Source: Bacteroidia bacterium
GTDB lineage: Bacteria > Bacteroidota > Bacteroidia > Bacteroidales > GWF2-35-48
Assembly: GCA_016212695.1 (NCBI GenBank)
Contig: JACREX010000147.1
Coordinates: 1-58,858 of the forward strand
DNA: 58,858 bases
Direction of reading: 5' to 3'
Positions 28,527-36,784 of this stretch are shown here, in pieces (positions within the stretch are counted from its first letter, which is position 1; each line of letters opens with the position of its first letter). Below the pieces are notes generated by a model that searched no databases, was not told the DNA's origin, and was given only the letters and a program-made list of their open reading frames with translations. The position numbers and the translations under genes are program-made.

Positions 28527-29894
28527 TTAAAGCCTCATTAATCTTTTTAACCATGTTAGTTTTTTTTCTGTATTTGGTGGATATCTTAAATTAGGTTCTA
28601 ACCAAAATGGTTTGTCAATAATACTTTTAAAATGAGAAAATGCAATAAATCCGGCATAGCCGTGATAATTACCAAGCCCGCTGTTTCCAATACCGCCAAA
28701 TGGTAAATTGCTATTAGTAATATGCATCATGGCATCATTTACTGCTCCTCCGCCAAATGATATATCCTTCAATAATTTATTTTTAATAGCAATATCGTTT
28801 GTAAAGATATAGCAAGCTAACGGTTTAGGTCTATATTTTATTTCTAAAATGGCATGATTCAAATCGGAATATGAAATTACTGGTAGTATTGGGCCAAATA
28901 TTTCATCTTCCATTACTTTGTCATCAAAAGTCACATCTGTTAATATTGTTGGGGCGATATAACGCTTTTGAAGATCGACTTCGCCACCATAATATATTTT
29001 CTTTTTATCAATTAATTCGATTAAACGATAAAAGTTTCGTTCGTTTATAATTTGAACATAATTGTTGTTTTCAAATGAATATTCAAATTTCCGGATGTAG
29101 TCTTTTAAGTGAATAAGAAATTCTTTTTTAACAGCTTCATCTACCAATATATAATCAGGAGCAATACATGTTTGGCCAGAATTTAAAAATTTTGCCCAAA
29201 CTAAACGCTTTGCAGATTCTTTTAGGTTACAATTCATAGTAACTAATGCAGGACTTTTCCCTCCTAATTCAAGTGTTACAGGTGTCAGATTTTTTGCTGC
29301 TGCTTGATATATAATTTTGCCAACCGGACTACTTCCGGTAAAAAATATTTTGTCGAAATTTTGTTTAAGAAGCTCTGTGGTTTCAAGTATTCCTCCTTCT
29401 ACTACTATCATGAATTCCGGAGAAAAATTTTCATTAATTAGCTTTGCCATTATTGCACTTGTAGCAGAAGGAATTTCGCTGGGCTTTAGAACAACTGTAT
29501 TACCTGATGCAATTGCAGCTACTACTGGAGAGAGTGATAGTAGATAAGGATAGTTCCATGCTCCAATAATCAAACATACTCCTAATGGTTCAGGAATAAT
29601 ATAACTTCGCGCTGGTAGATTTATAAGATTAGTTTTAGTTCTTCTTCGTTTAGCCCATTTGGGCAGTTTATTTATAAATTCATCAATTTCATGGTAGATA
29701 AAACTCAATTCTGTCGTGTAGGTATCAAATTCAGATTTCTTAAAATCACTATAAATCGCCTCATATAAAGCCATTTCATAACCCATTACAACAGACTTGA
29801 GCTTTACTAATTGTTTAATTCTAAAGACAACATCTTTGGTTTGATTAGAATTGAAATAATCAGTTTGATTTTTTACGATTTCATTATAATTCAT
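28527..29894 (-). CDS. Aldehyde dehydrogenase (class 3 / fatty or aromatic aldehyde type), cassette-like
   Basis: AWNYP, FFTGS, LELGGKSP, NSGQTCIAPDY, EIFGPILP; visibly more AT-rich than neighbouring core genes. Confidence 0.93.
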   Translation of the reverse strand: MNYNEIVKNQTDYFNSNQTKDVVFRIKQLVKLKSVVMGYEMALYEAIYSDFKKSEFDTYTTELSFIYHEIDEFINKLPKWAKRRRTKTNLINLPARSYIIPEPLGVCLIIGAWNYPYLLSLSPVVAAIASGNTVVLKPSEIPSATSAIMAKLINENFSPEFMIVVEGGILETTELLKQNFDKIFFTGSSPVGKIIYQAAAKNLTPVTLELGGKSPALVTMNCNLKESAKRLVWAKFLNSGQTCIAPDYILVDEAVKKEFLIHLKDYIRKFEYSFENNNYVQIINERNFYRLIELIDKKKIYYGGEVDLQKRYIAPTILTDVTFDDKVMEDEIFGPILPVISYSDLNHAILEIKYRPKPLACYIFTNDIAIKNKLLKDISFGGGAVNDAMMHITNSNLPFGGIGNSGLGNYHGYAGFIAFSHFKSIIDKPFWLEPNLRYPPNTEKKLTWLKRLMRL

Positions 29895-29957
29895 ATGATT
29901 TTCAATTTTTACAAAGTTGCATTAGATTTCTGAACTCAGGCAGGCTTTGCTCAACTG

Positions 29958-30111
29958 GTTTCTAACGGTACTCGCATAGGCGACGTGCCACATACAATAA
30001 TCATCAGCGTACTTGCCTGCTGCCTGCCTGCCGGTAGGCAAGCAAGCAGGTATGTGTAGCATTAGCTTTATCAATCCCTGCAAAAATGCGGCTTGCACGA
30101 TGTCAGGGGGC
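29958..30111. repeat. attC-like site 2
   Basis: GTTTCTAAC ... central ATCATCAGC[REP]ATTAGCTTT ... GTCAGGGGGC. Confidence 0.7.
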
Positions 30112-30144
30112 GTTTTATTAATCGTGAAATTTATTATTATAGAA

Positions 30145-30777
30145 TCAAACGTACTCTTTAACTTTTATTTGTATGAATTGTTTTATTTCATCCCAAGAAC
30201 ATTTTTTTAAACACTTTGGGCTAATGTCATTCTCTGCATCTTCAAAATATGTGAGACTTTTTATCACATAAAAATTATTGTAATTAGAGAACTTTTGCTC
30301 AAAGGATGAAATCATCTCTTTTAAAGTATATTCCTGTAAGAGAAAATAAATATCGTAGAAGTCTTTTTTTGCTCCTCTATTTGCAATAGCTGCTAATTTC
30401 ATCGGAATTATATCTTCCTTAGATAATAAGCGAATCCCATCAATATTTAATGGAGGATTTATTAATTGGTAAGAATATTTTACTATATCTACTTTGATAT
30501 AATTATTTGAATTCTCAGGATAAGCTATTTTTTGATTAAGTCCTCCTTTATTTTCTGATACATCTTGCAATTGATAATGTTGTTCTAATAGCATTCTTAT
30601 TTCTGATGGATTAAATATTTTATCTGTGAATAAATCCAAATCAACGGATATTCTATGTCCTAATTGTAAACCTAAAGCAGTTCCACCGACTAAATTAAAA
30701 TCTGTCAGAAAATATTGCTGCATTAAGCTCTTTAATAATTCCAAAGTTCTTTTGTCGATGGCGGTATATTGTAGCAT
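30145..30777 (-). CDS. Nucleotidyltransferase AbiEii/AbiGii toxin family protein
   Basis: LVGGTALGLQLGHRISVDLDLF, MKLAAIANRGAKKDFYDIY. Confidence 0.88.
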   Translation of the reverse strand: MLQYTAIDKRTLELLKSLMQQYFLTDFNLVGGTALGLQLGHRISVDLDLFTDKIFNPSEIRMLLEQHYQLQDVSENKGGLNQKIAYPENSNNYIKVDIVKYSYQLINPPLNIDGIRLLSKEDIIPMKLAAIANRGAKKDFYDIYFLLQEYTLKEMISSFEQKFSNYNNFYVIKSLTYFEDAENDISPKCLKKCSWDEIKQFIQIKVKEYV

Positions 30778-31016
30778 TTGAACTCAGTTTTTGATATATT
30801 AAAATAAATACTGCAAAAATTTAATGTTTTTTGGTCTAAATATCTCATCTTAATAATTTCCTGTTTTATTCTCTCTAAACCATAATAACTCTTTAATTCC
30901 TGCCAATCTTTTATAGTACCTCTCAATAATACACGATTAATGATGAATTGAGAATATTTTTGATAGTCAATATTATTAAAATCCACGTCCCAAAATAATG
31001 AAATATCAATGTTCAT
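30732..31016 (-). CDS. DUF6922-like small protein, probable antitoxin partner
   Basis: SLFWDVD...FIINRVLLRGT..DW..L...YG pattern; overlaps the toxin gene by 46 bp. Confidence 0.75.
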   Translation of the reverse strand: MNIDISLFWDVDFNNIDYQKYSQFIINRVLLRGTIKDWQELKSYYGLERIKQEIIKMRYLDQKTLNFCSIYFNISKTEFKCYNIPPSTKELWNY

Positions 31017-31095
31017 TTTATAATATTTTTAAGTCTTTAAGTATTACTATAGCTGACTTGTACAAAGATAATTATAATATTGTTATTTTCAAAAT

Positions 31096-31215
31096 GCCCC
31101 CTAACGGCCCGCTGGCAGGCGACGTGCCACACACCATAAATCATCAGCGTATATCCGCCAGTTGGCGGATTAGCTTTTCAATACGTGTGGCATTTTTCTT
31201 ATGCTTTGGTTATTA
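31096..31215. repeat. attC-like site 3 with a different central REP (ATCCGCCAGTTGGCGGAT)
   Basis: GCCCCCTAAC ... tgccacac/gtgtggca arms ... GGTTATTA; left arm homologous to that of site 2. Confidence 0.7.
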
Positions 31216-31305
31216 ATCCTCCGTTGTTTCTGTATCAATAGGAAATCTGATATTATTTATTTGTATTATTAATTTGTCCCCAAATACTACTCTTTTATTC
31301 AAACT
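31213..31305 (-). pseudogene. 3' remnant of a probable third cassette gene cut by IS200
   Basis: Open ...LNKRVVFGDKLIIQINNIRFPIDTETTED* whose stop abuts the TAAC of site 3; upstream sequence is the IS left end. Confidence 0.4.
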
Positions 31306-31859
31306 TAAAAAACCACCTTCAAAGAAGGTGGTCATGTTTTTAATAGCTTTGCTCAAAAATAAATATGAGCAAATATAAGAAAATATCACACGTAATCTAT
31401 TATCATGTTTTTCATATAGTATGGACACCAAAATATAGATACAGAGTATTATCAGGTCCCCTAAAGGAATTTGTAGAAGAGTCCGTCCGAATGCTATGTG
31501 AGTGGAAAAGAGTAGAAATATTGGAATTAAATATACAACCAGATCATGTTCACATTGTAGTATTTGTAGAGCCGAAGTTGTCAACATCAAATTTCATGGG
31601 GATCTTAAAAGGTAAGACTGCCATAAAAATATTTAAAAGTTTTCCAGGGTTGAAAAAGAAACCATACTGGGGAAATCATTTTTGGTCAAGAGGATATTGT
31701 TCAAGTACTGTCGGTTTAGATGAGGAGAAAATAAGAAAATATGTCAAATACCAAGAAGAACAGGAAAAGTTATATGAACAGGAGCAAGGGTCATTCGATT
31801 TTTGAGCCCTATGGGCTCTTTCTCACAAAGCCACCTTCTAAGAAGGTGGATTCTTTACT
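31306..31859 (+). mobile_element. IS200-type element (IS200/IS605 family, tnpA only); ends approximate
   Basis: Matching subterminal hairpins ACCACCTTC-AAA-GAAGGTGGT (31312-31332) and CCACCTTC-TAA-GAAGGTGG (31831-31849), plus GAGCCC-TAT-GGGCTC. Confidence 0.88.
31365..31805 (+). CDS. tnpA: IS200/IS605 Y1 HUH transposase
   Basis: HIVWTPKYR, PDHVH (HUH), FWSRGY, IRKYVKYQ (catalytic Tyr). Confidence 0.95.
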   Translation: MSKYKKISHVIYYHVFHIVWTPKYRYRVLSGPLKEFVEESVRMLCEWKRVEILELNIQPDHVHIVVFVEPKLSTSNFMGILKGKTAIKIFKSFPGLKKKPYWGNHFWSRGYCSSTVGLDEEKIRKYVKYQEEQEKLYEQEQGSFDF

Positions 31860-32260
31860 TCGTAATCAAAAAATTTATAATTTTTTTTTGCAAAGGCAAC
31901 AATATGTCCGTCCGGATCGCTGACATAAGCTACGCAGTCGCCCCAGTCGCGCGGAAGGGGTTCGCTCACTGCTTTTGCGCCGGCATCTATAGCTCTTGTA
32001 AAACAAGATTCAACTGCATCCACATACAGGTACAGCTCGCACCTGGGAATACCGTTTCCCGCAGAAGGATGAGGCGTTTTATCCTGCAATATTTTGGCAA
32101 TGCTTTTTTCTGGCATAAGGCCTAATTTGCAGTCGCCGGATAATTGAAACTCTGTCATCCCGGGAACATCCAGAACCGGGTCTGACTGTAGCGCCTGTTT
32201 GTAAAAATTCCTGCTTTTCTGCTGGTCTGCTACATACAGGATGAATTCGATTTTTGTCAT
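31838..32260 (-). CDS. VOC/glyoxalase family protein
   Basis: ILYVADQQKSRNFY, CELYLYVD, RDWGD.VAYVSDPDGH. Confidence 0.85.
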   Translation of the reverse strand: MTKIEFILYVADQQKSRNFYKQALQSDPVLDVPGMTEFQLSGDCKLGLMPEKSIAKILQDKTPHPSAGNGIPRCELYLYVDAVESCFTRAIDAGAKAVSEPLPRDWGDCVAYVSDPDGHIVAFAKKNYKFFDYEVKNPPS

Positions 32261-32264
32261 AGTA

Positions 32265-33155
32265 TTATTTTAAAAACCTAAAACTTTTCAGTTGAGATAT
32301 CATCACGCCGGCAATTACAATTATGATTCCTGCTGTTTTTTGAAGTGTGATTTCTTCTCCTATCACAAAGAACGAGAATATCACGGTAAAGATGGGAATG
32401 ATGTTCACAAAGATGATGGATTTTACCACGCCTAATTTTTTCACGCTGTATGTATAAAAAATATAAGCAAGCGACGAGGCAAAAATTGCCAGGAAAATGA
32501 TTGAAGAAATTGCTTTTAGATTGTGGTCTGCCTGCACAAATCCTTTTGCATCGAAGGCCAGGAACAGGGGCAGGAAATACGCTATGCCGAAAATATTCTG
32601 ATAGGTAATAATTGAGACAGCATTGTATTTCGAAGATATTTTTTTCAACACAATGGAATAAAAAACAGCCGAGAAAACAGCGATAAATAACAGGCCGATC
32701 CCAACAGGAGAAGCCGATATGGAAAGGCCGCTGACAGAGATCACGAAGTATATGCCGGCCATGGATAAAATAATGCCGAGCAGGTTCATGACGGTTATTT
32801 TTTCCTTCAGGAAATAGAAGGCGGCAATGGGCGAAAAAAGCGGAATGGTAGAAATGATTACCGATGCCGTGGTGGGCGATACCCGCTGCAATCCGAACGA
32901 TTCGCCAAGAAAATATAACAGCGGCTGGAACAAAACCAATAGCAGAAAATGTTTGATGTCTTCACGTTGGAGTTTTTGCAATTGCTTCACCGATGTGAGC
33001 ACAATTACCAGCATTGCAGAAGAAAGGATCAGCCTGATGAAAATAATTGTGATCGGTTGATAGGTCTGCAGGGCTATCTTGCTCCATACAAACGAAAAAC
33101 TCCAGAAGATCATCGAAAGGGTTACGCAGGCGTATGTCTTGAAAGATTCGTTCAA
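32265..33155 (-). CDS. DMT/EamA family transporter
   Basis: Ten hydrophobic segments, FWSFSFVWSK, internal two-fold repeat. Confidence 0.9.
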   Translation of the reverse strand: MNESFKTYACVTLSMIFWSFSFVWSKIALQTYQPITIIFIRLILSSAMLVIVLTSVKQLQKLQREDIKHFLLLVLFQPLLYFLGESFGLQRVSPTTASVIISTIPLFSPIAAFYFLKEKITVMNLLGIILSMAGIYFVISVSGLSISASPVGIGLLFIAVFSAVFYSIVLKKISSKYNAVSIITYQNIFGIAYFLPLFLAFDAKGFVQADHNLKAISSIIFLAIFASSLAYIFYTYSVKKLGVVKSIIFVNIIPIFTVIFSFFVIGEEITLQKTAGIIIVIAGVMISQLKSFRFLK

Positions 33156-33160
33156 AGGGT

Positions 33161-33637
33161 TCAGGATTTTATCAGTTCTTCGATCACCCGCAGCGACAGG
33201 TTAGTTTCAAATCCTTTGCCCTGCGCAAATTTCAGGAGCTTTCCCATAAGCTCGTATTTGTTTTTTGCAGATACATTTTTTAATTTGCTTTTGATCTCTT
33301 TTTTCAGAACGCCGAGGTAATCTTTATCATCAATACGGCCGAGCGCCGAGTGAATGATTTCGCCGGGAATGGATTTTTCTTTCAGCGCATATTCAATCTT
33401 TTTTTTCCCCCATTTGTTAAAGCGGAATTTGTCGTTTACAAAAGCATTGGCATAGCGGGTTTCGTCTATGTATCCCTCTTTTATTAAGAGTGTAATAACC
33501 GCATCAAACTGTTCGGAAGAAAGGCTCCATTCTTTCAGTTTATGTCTGATTTCAGAAGTGCATTTTTCCCGTCCGCTGCATAATTTTTTTGCTTTTTTCA
33601 GCGCTTCTTTTACATCTGTCGGTTTGGTTTTTTCCAT
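33161..33637 (-). CDS. recX: Regulatory protein RecX
   Basis: CSGREKC..EIRHKL, YIDETRYANAFVNDK..FNKWGKKKI. Confidence 0.9.
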   Translation of the reverse strand: MEKTKPTDVKEALKKAKKLCSGREKCTSEIRHKLKEWSLSSEQFDAVITLLIKEGYIDETRYANAFVNDKFRFNKWGKKKIEYALKEKSIPGEIIHSALGRIDDKDYLGVLKKEIKSKLKNVSAKNKYELMGKLLKFAQGKGFETNLSLRVIEELIKS

Positions 33638-33645
33638 TTAAAAAA

Positions 33646-34512
33646 TTATTGCCGGATACCCCGGATCATCCTGTATTTCCCGTTGAGATCTTTTTTCAGT
33701 TCAATATCTTGGAACCCTTTTTCAAGGAGCAGGAGTTTTACATCCATATACAGGTACTCGTTGAGTTCAAAATAAATCCTGCCGTTATTTTTCAGGTGTT
33801 TGGTTGCAAAATCGGTAATCGTCTGGTAAAAGATCAGGGGATTATCGTTGGGCACGAACAATGCGGTCGCAGGTTCGTAATTCAGCACATTCGGCCTCAT
33901 CTGTTGTTTCTCGCTTTCCCTCACATATGGCGGGTTGCTTACGATGATGTCGTAATTGTTGTCGAATTTCTGAAGCGGCCAGTTGAGTATGTCGCCCACA
34001 AAAAAATTCACTAATGAATTATGTTTGAACCCATTTTCTGTGGCAAGGGTGATTATTTTTTCGGATATATCAAAGGCATCCACTTTTGACCGGAAAATAT
34101 TTTTGTTCAGCGCAACGGCTATGCAACCGCTGCCGGTTCCGATATCAAGAATTTTTACAAGCCGGCTACCGGTTTCCTGGATGATCCAGTCCACAAGTTC
34201 TTCGGTTTCCTGGCGCGGAATCAGTACGTCGGGCGTAACCGTAAATTCAAGATTGTAAAATTCCGTTTTTCCGAAGATATACTGAATCGGTTTGTGATTT
34301 TTAAGCTGACAGGTAATATCGCGTATTTTATGCCAGCCCTCGTCCGGGATTTCTAAGTTTGAATTAGCATACAGGTCAACCTTGGAGTAGCCCAGCGCTT
34401 CTTCAAAAATCATATAAATAAAATTCTGAATTTCACGCTCTGGATATAAGCCTGCCAGTTCTTTTTTAATGAAATTGCTGATCCTGTTGATGGTATTTTG
34501 AGAATTATTCAT
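33646..34512 (-). CDS. prmC: Release factor glutamine methyltransferase
   Basis: PIQYIFG, VLIPRQETEEL, LDIGTGSGCIA, VSNPPY. Confidence 0.95.
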   Translation of the reverse strand: MNNSQNTINRISNFIKKELAGLYPEREIQNFIYMIFEEALGYSKVDLYANSNLEIPDEGWHKIRDITCQLKNHKPIQYIFGKTEFYNLEFTVTPDVLIPRQETEELVDWIIQETGSRLVKILDIGTGSGCIAVALNKNIFRSKVDAFDISEKIITLATENGFKHNSLVNFFVGDILNWPLQKFDNNYDIIVSNPPYVRESEKQQMRPNVLNYEPATALFVPNDNPLIFYQTITDFATKHLKNNGRIYFELNEYLYMDVKLLLLEKGFQDIELKKDLNGKYRMIRGIRQ

Positions 34513-34546
34513 TTATTTTGAATTAAGATTTGATTTAAAAACAAGA

Positions 34547-34675
34547 TGGTACACTGACCTGCCTGCCGCAGGCAAGTAAAACTGATTGTACTGATTTGGA
34601 CTGATTTTTTTCATTTACAACAGATTCATTTATATTATCAGTATTATCAGTCGCATCAGTAAAATCAGTGTACTA
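34547..34675. repeat. Inverted nonamer arrays (ACTGATT / ATCAGT) with a nested CCTGC REP
   Basis: tggtacactga[cctgcctgccgcaggcaag]taaaactgattgtactgatttggactgatt ... atcagtattatcagtcgcatcagtaaaatcagtgtacta. Confidence 0.8.
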
Positions 34676-34717
34676 TTATTGTACTATTATTCCCTTTTCA
34701 AAAATAAAAAAATTAAA

Positions 34718-35770
34718 ATGGATTTCAGCACAGAACATAAAAAATATATGCAACGCTGCCTTGAACTGGCATCCGGCGGACTTGGCAATACCGCCCCCAA
34801 TCCCATGGTCGGCTGTGTTATCGTGCATGATCATAAAATAATCGGGGAAGGATATCATATCAGATATGGCGAGGCTCATGCCGAAGTGAATGCCATAAAT
34901 TCGGTTAAGCAAAAAGCATTGCTTGAAAAGTCAACGTTGTATGTAAATCTTGAACCTTGTTCTCATTATGGAAAGACGCCTCCCTGCTCTAACCTGATTA
35001 TTGAAAAAAAAATACCGTATGTAGTGGTGGGATGTATCGATACCTTTTCACAGGTTTCGGGGAATGGCATCCGCAACTTAAAAAATTCCGGGTGTAAGGT
35101 AATCGTCGAGGTACTGCAGGACGAAAGCAGGGAACTGAACCGCAGGTTTTTTACATTTCATGAGAAGAAAAGGCCTTATGTGATTTTGAAATGGGCGCAG
35201 ACCGTAGATAATTTTATTGATAAGATACGGAAAATAAATGCTGTGAACGAACCTACACGGATCACTAATGATATTTGTAATATATGGGTTCATAAATGGA
35301 GGGCAGAAGAAGACGCATTCATGGTCGGAACAAATACAGCTATTAACGACAACCCCCGGCTTACAACGCGGGAATGGGCCGGAAAAAATCCGCTCCGTGT
35401 GGTGTTGGACAAAGACCTGAGGATACCTTTAACGTATCATATTTTTGATCAGAGCGCCCCAACGCTGATTTTTACAAATAAAAAGGCAATCTCAAAAAAA
35501 AATATTGAGTATTGTAAAATTAAGGTTGGAAAAAATATGCTGAGAAATATTCTAACGGAATTGCATGCCCGGAACATTCAATCTGTGGTGGTTGAAGGAG
35601 GGGCGCAATTACTGAATAATTTTATTGAAGAAAACCTCTGGGACGAGGCAAGGGTATTTACAGCCGATACTCTCTTCTATAAAGGGCTGTCCGCTCCTAA
35701 AATCAATGGAACCATCATTGCTGAAGAAAAAGTGGGAAATGCAGTGTTAAAAATTTTCAGAAATACGTGA
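34718..35770 (+). CDS. ribD: Bifunctional riboflavin deaminase/reductase RibD
   Basis: PNPMVG, HAEVNA, LEPCSHYGKTPPC, VEGGA; start refined to ATG 34718. Confidence 0.96.
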   Translation: MDFSTEHKKYMQRCLELASGGLGNTAPNPMVGCVIVHDHKIIGEGYHIRYGEAHAEVNAINSVKQKALLEKSTLYVNLEPCSHYGKTPPCSNLIIEKKIPYVVVGCIDTFSQVSGNGIRNLKNSGCKVIVEVLQDESRELNRRFFTFHEKKRPYVILKWAQTVDNFIDKIRKINAVNEPTRITNDICNIWVHKWRAEEDAFMVGTNTAINDNPRLTTREWAGKNPLRVVLDKDLRIPLTYHIFDQSAPTLIFTNKKAISKKNIEYCKIKVGKNMLRNILTELHARNIQSVVVEGGAQLLNNFIEENLWDEARVFTADTLFYKGLSAPKINGTIIAEEKVGNAVLKIFRNT

Positions 35771-36778
35771 ATTTTTTTCATATGCAAGGTTCAACCGATG
35801 CAGCACATTTTCCGGCTTAATGCTCCGTATGCAAACGCAGTCTTTTGTTTTCCGGCAGTCGTTACACTTTTTATCCAGCACAAGGTATTCGGCGTTTAAC
35901 CCTACGGGTGCCCATCGCTTAGGATAAATAGGTTTCATGGGTGCATAAATACCAAGCGCATATTTTCCCAGTGCAGCCGCAATATGAAGGGGTCCGGTGC
36001 TTGCGGCAACCATGCCGTCTGTTGAATTTATAAAACCTATCAATTCCCGGAGATCAAACTTCCCGGTGAGGTCGGTAATTTCTGACTGGTATTTTTCTAA
36101 AAACCCGCTGATAATTTTTCCTTCGTCGCTGGTTCCTGTGATAAATATTTTGAATTTATCTTTTGGCAGAATTTCAATGAGAGCGGAAAAATTAGCAAGC
36201 CCCCACTCGCGGGCGCTGCCTTTCGATTTAGGATGAAGTATCAAATTGAATTTACAGGGATCAATCAGGTTTTGATAATCAATAGCGGCTGGTTCTTTAA
36301 CAGATAAACCATAGTATGAAGGGATATCGGAAAGCAGAAAATTATTTTTTATTCCCAGGGCTGATAGTAATCCTAAATTAAGCTGCGATTCGTGCAGGTC
36401 GGATTTTTTACGGCTCAGGTTGATTATTTTATTGCAATACAGCAAATGGTGCGTCCTTCTGCTGGTTCCTGCCCTTACCGGTATTTTGGCCAGGAAGGCT
36501 AATCTTGATATTTTCCGGTTTGGAAAAACATGAATAATAGCGTCGGCTTTAAGCGATCTGAAAAAAGTAAGTTGAGATTTTTTAGGCATGGCAAGGATAG
36601 ATTCCCAGTCGATGAAATCATTTATGTTTTCTGATGCGTCAATAAGAGGCTTCGTATATTTTTTTGCAAAGAAAGAGATTTTGCAGTGTGGATATAATTT
36701 TTTTAAAACGCCGGCGACCGGCAGCGTAAGCGCCACGTCTCCGATATTATCAACCCTGCTGATGATTACATGATTCAC
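35747..36778 (-). CDS. Glycosyltransferase family 9 (heptosyltransferase-like)
   Basis: RVDNIGDVALTLP, DLTGKFDL, STGPLHIAAALG. Confidence 0.9.
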   Translation of the reverse strand: MNHVIISRVDNIGDVALTLPVAGVLKKLYPHCKISFFAKKYTKPLIDASENINDFIDWESILAMPKKSQLTFFRSLKADAIIHVFPNRKISRLAFLAKIPVRAGTSRRTHHLLYCNKIINLSRKKSDLHESQLNLGLLSALGIKNNFLLSDIPSYYGLSVKEPAAIDYQNLIDPCKFNLILHPKSKGSAREWGLANFSALIEILPKDKFKIFITGTSDEGKIISGFLEKYQSEITDLTGKFDLRELIGFINSTDGMVAASTGPLHIAAALGKYALGIYAPMKPIYPKRWAPVGLNAEYLVLDKKCNDCRKTKDCVCIRSIKPENVLHRLNLAYEKNSRISENF

Positions 36779-36784
36779 AAAAAA

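Noticed and set aside
28275-30210. Short ORFs 28275..28511 (-) and 30013..30210 (+), and the ygeY N-terminal extension
   Set aside because: They are derived from repeat elements (PACLP.G.QA-type REP translations).
31306-31590. Full ORF 31213..31590 (-) as a gene
   Set aside because: Most of it is antisense to tnpA and the IS end; only the last ~30 codons are kept as a possible remnant.
31806-31860. tnpB or omegaRNA associated with the IS
   Set aside because: The right-end hairpin follows tnpA within about 30 bp, leaving no room.
34513-34717. FMN riboswitch upstream of ribD
   Set aside because: The gap is occupied by the nonamer/REP element; no FMN aptamer motifs were seen.
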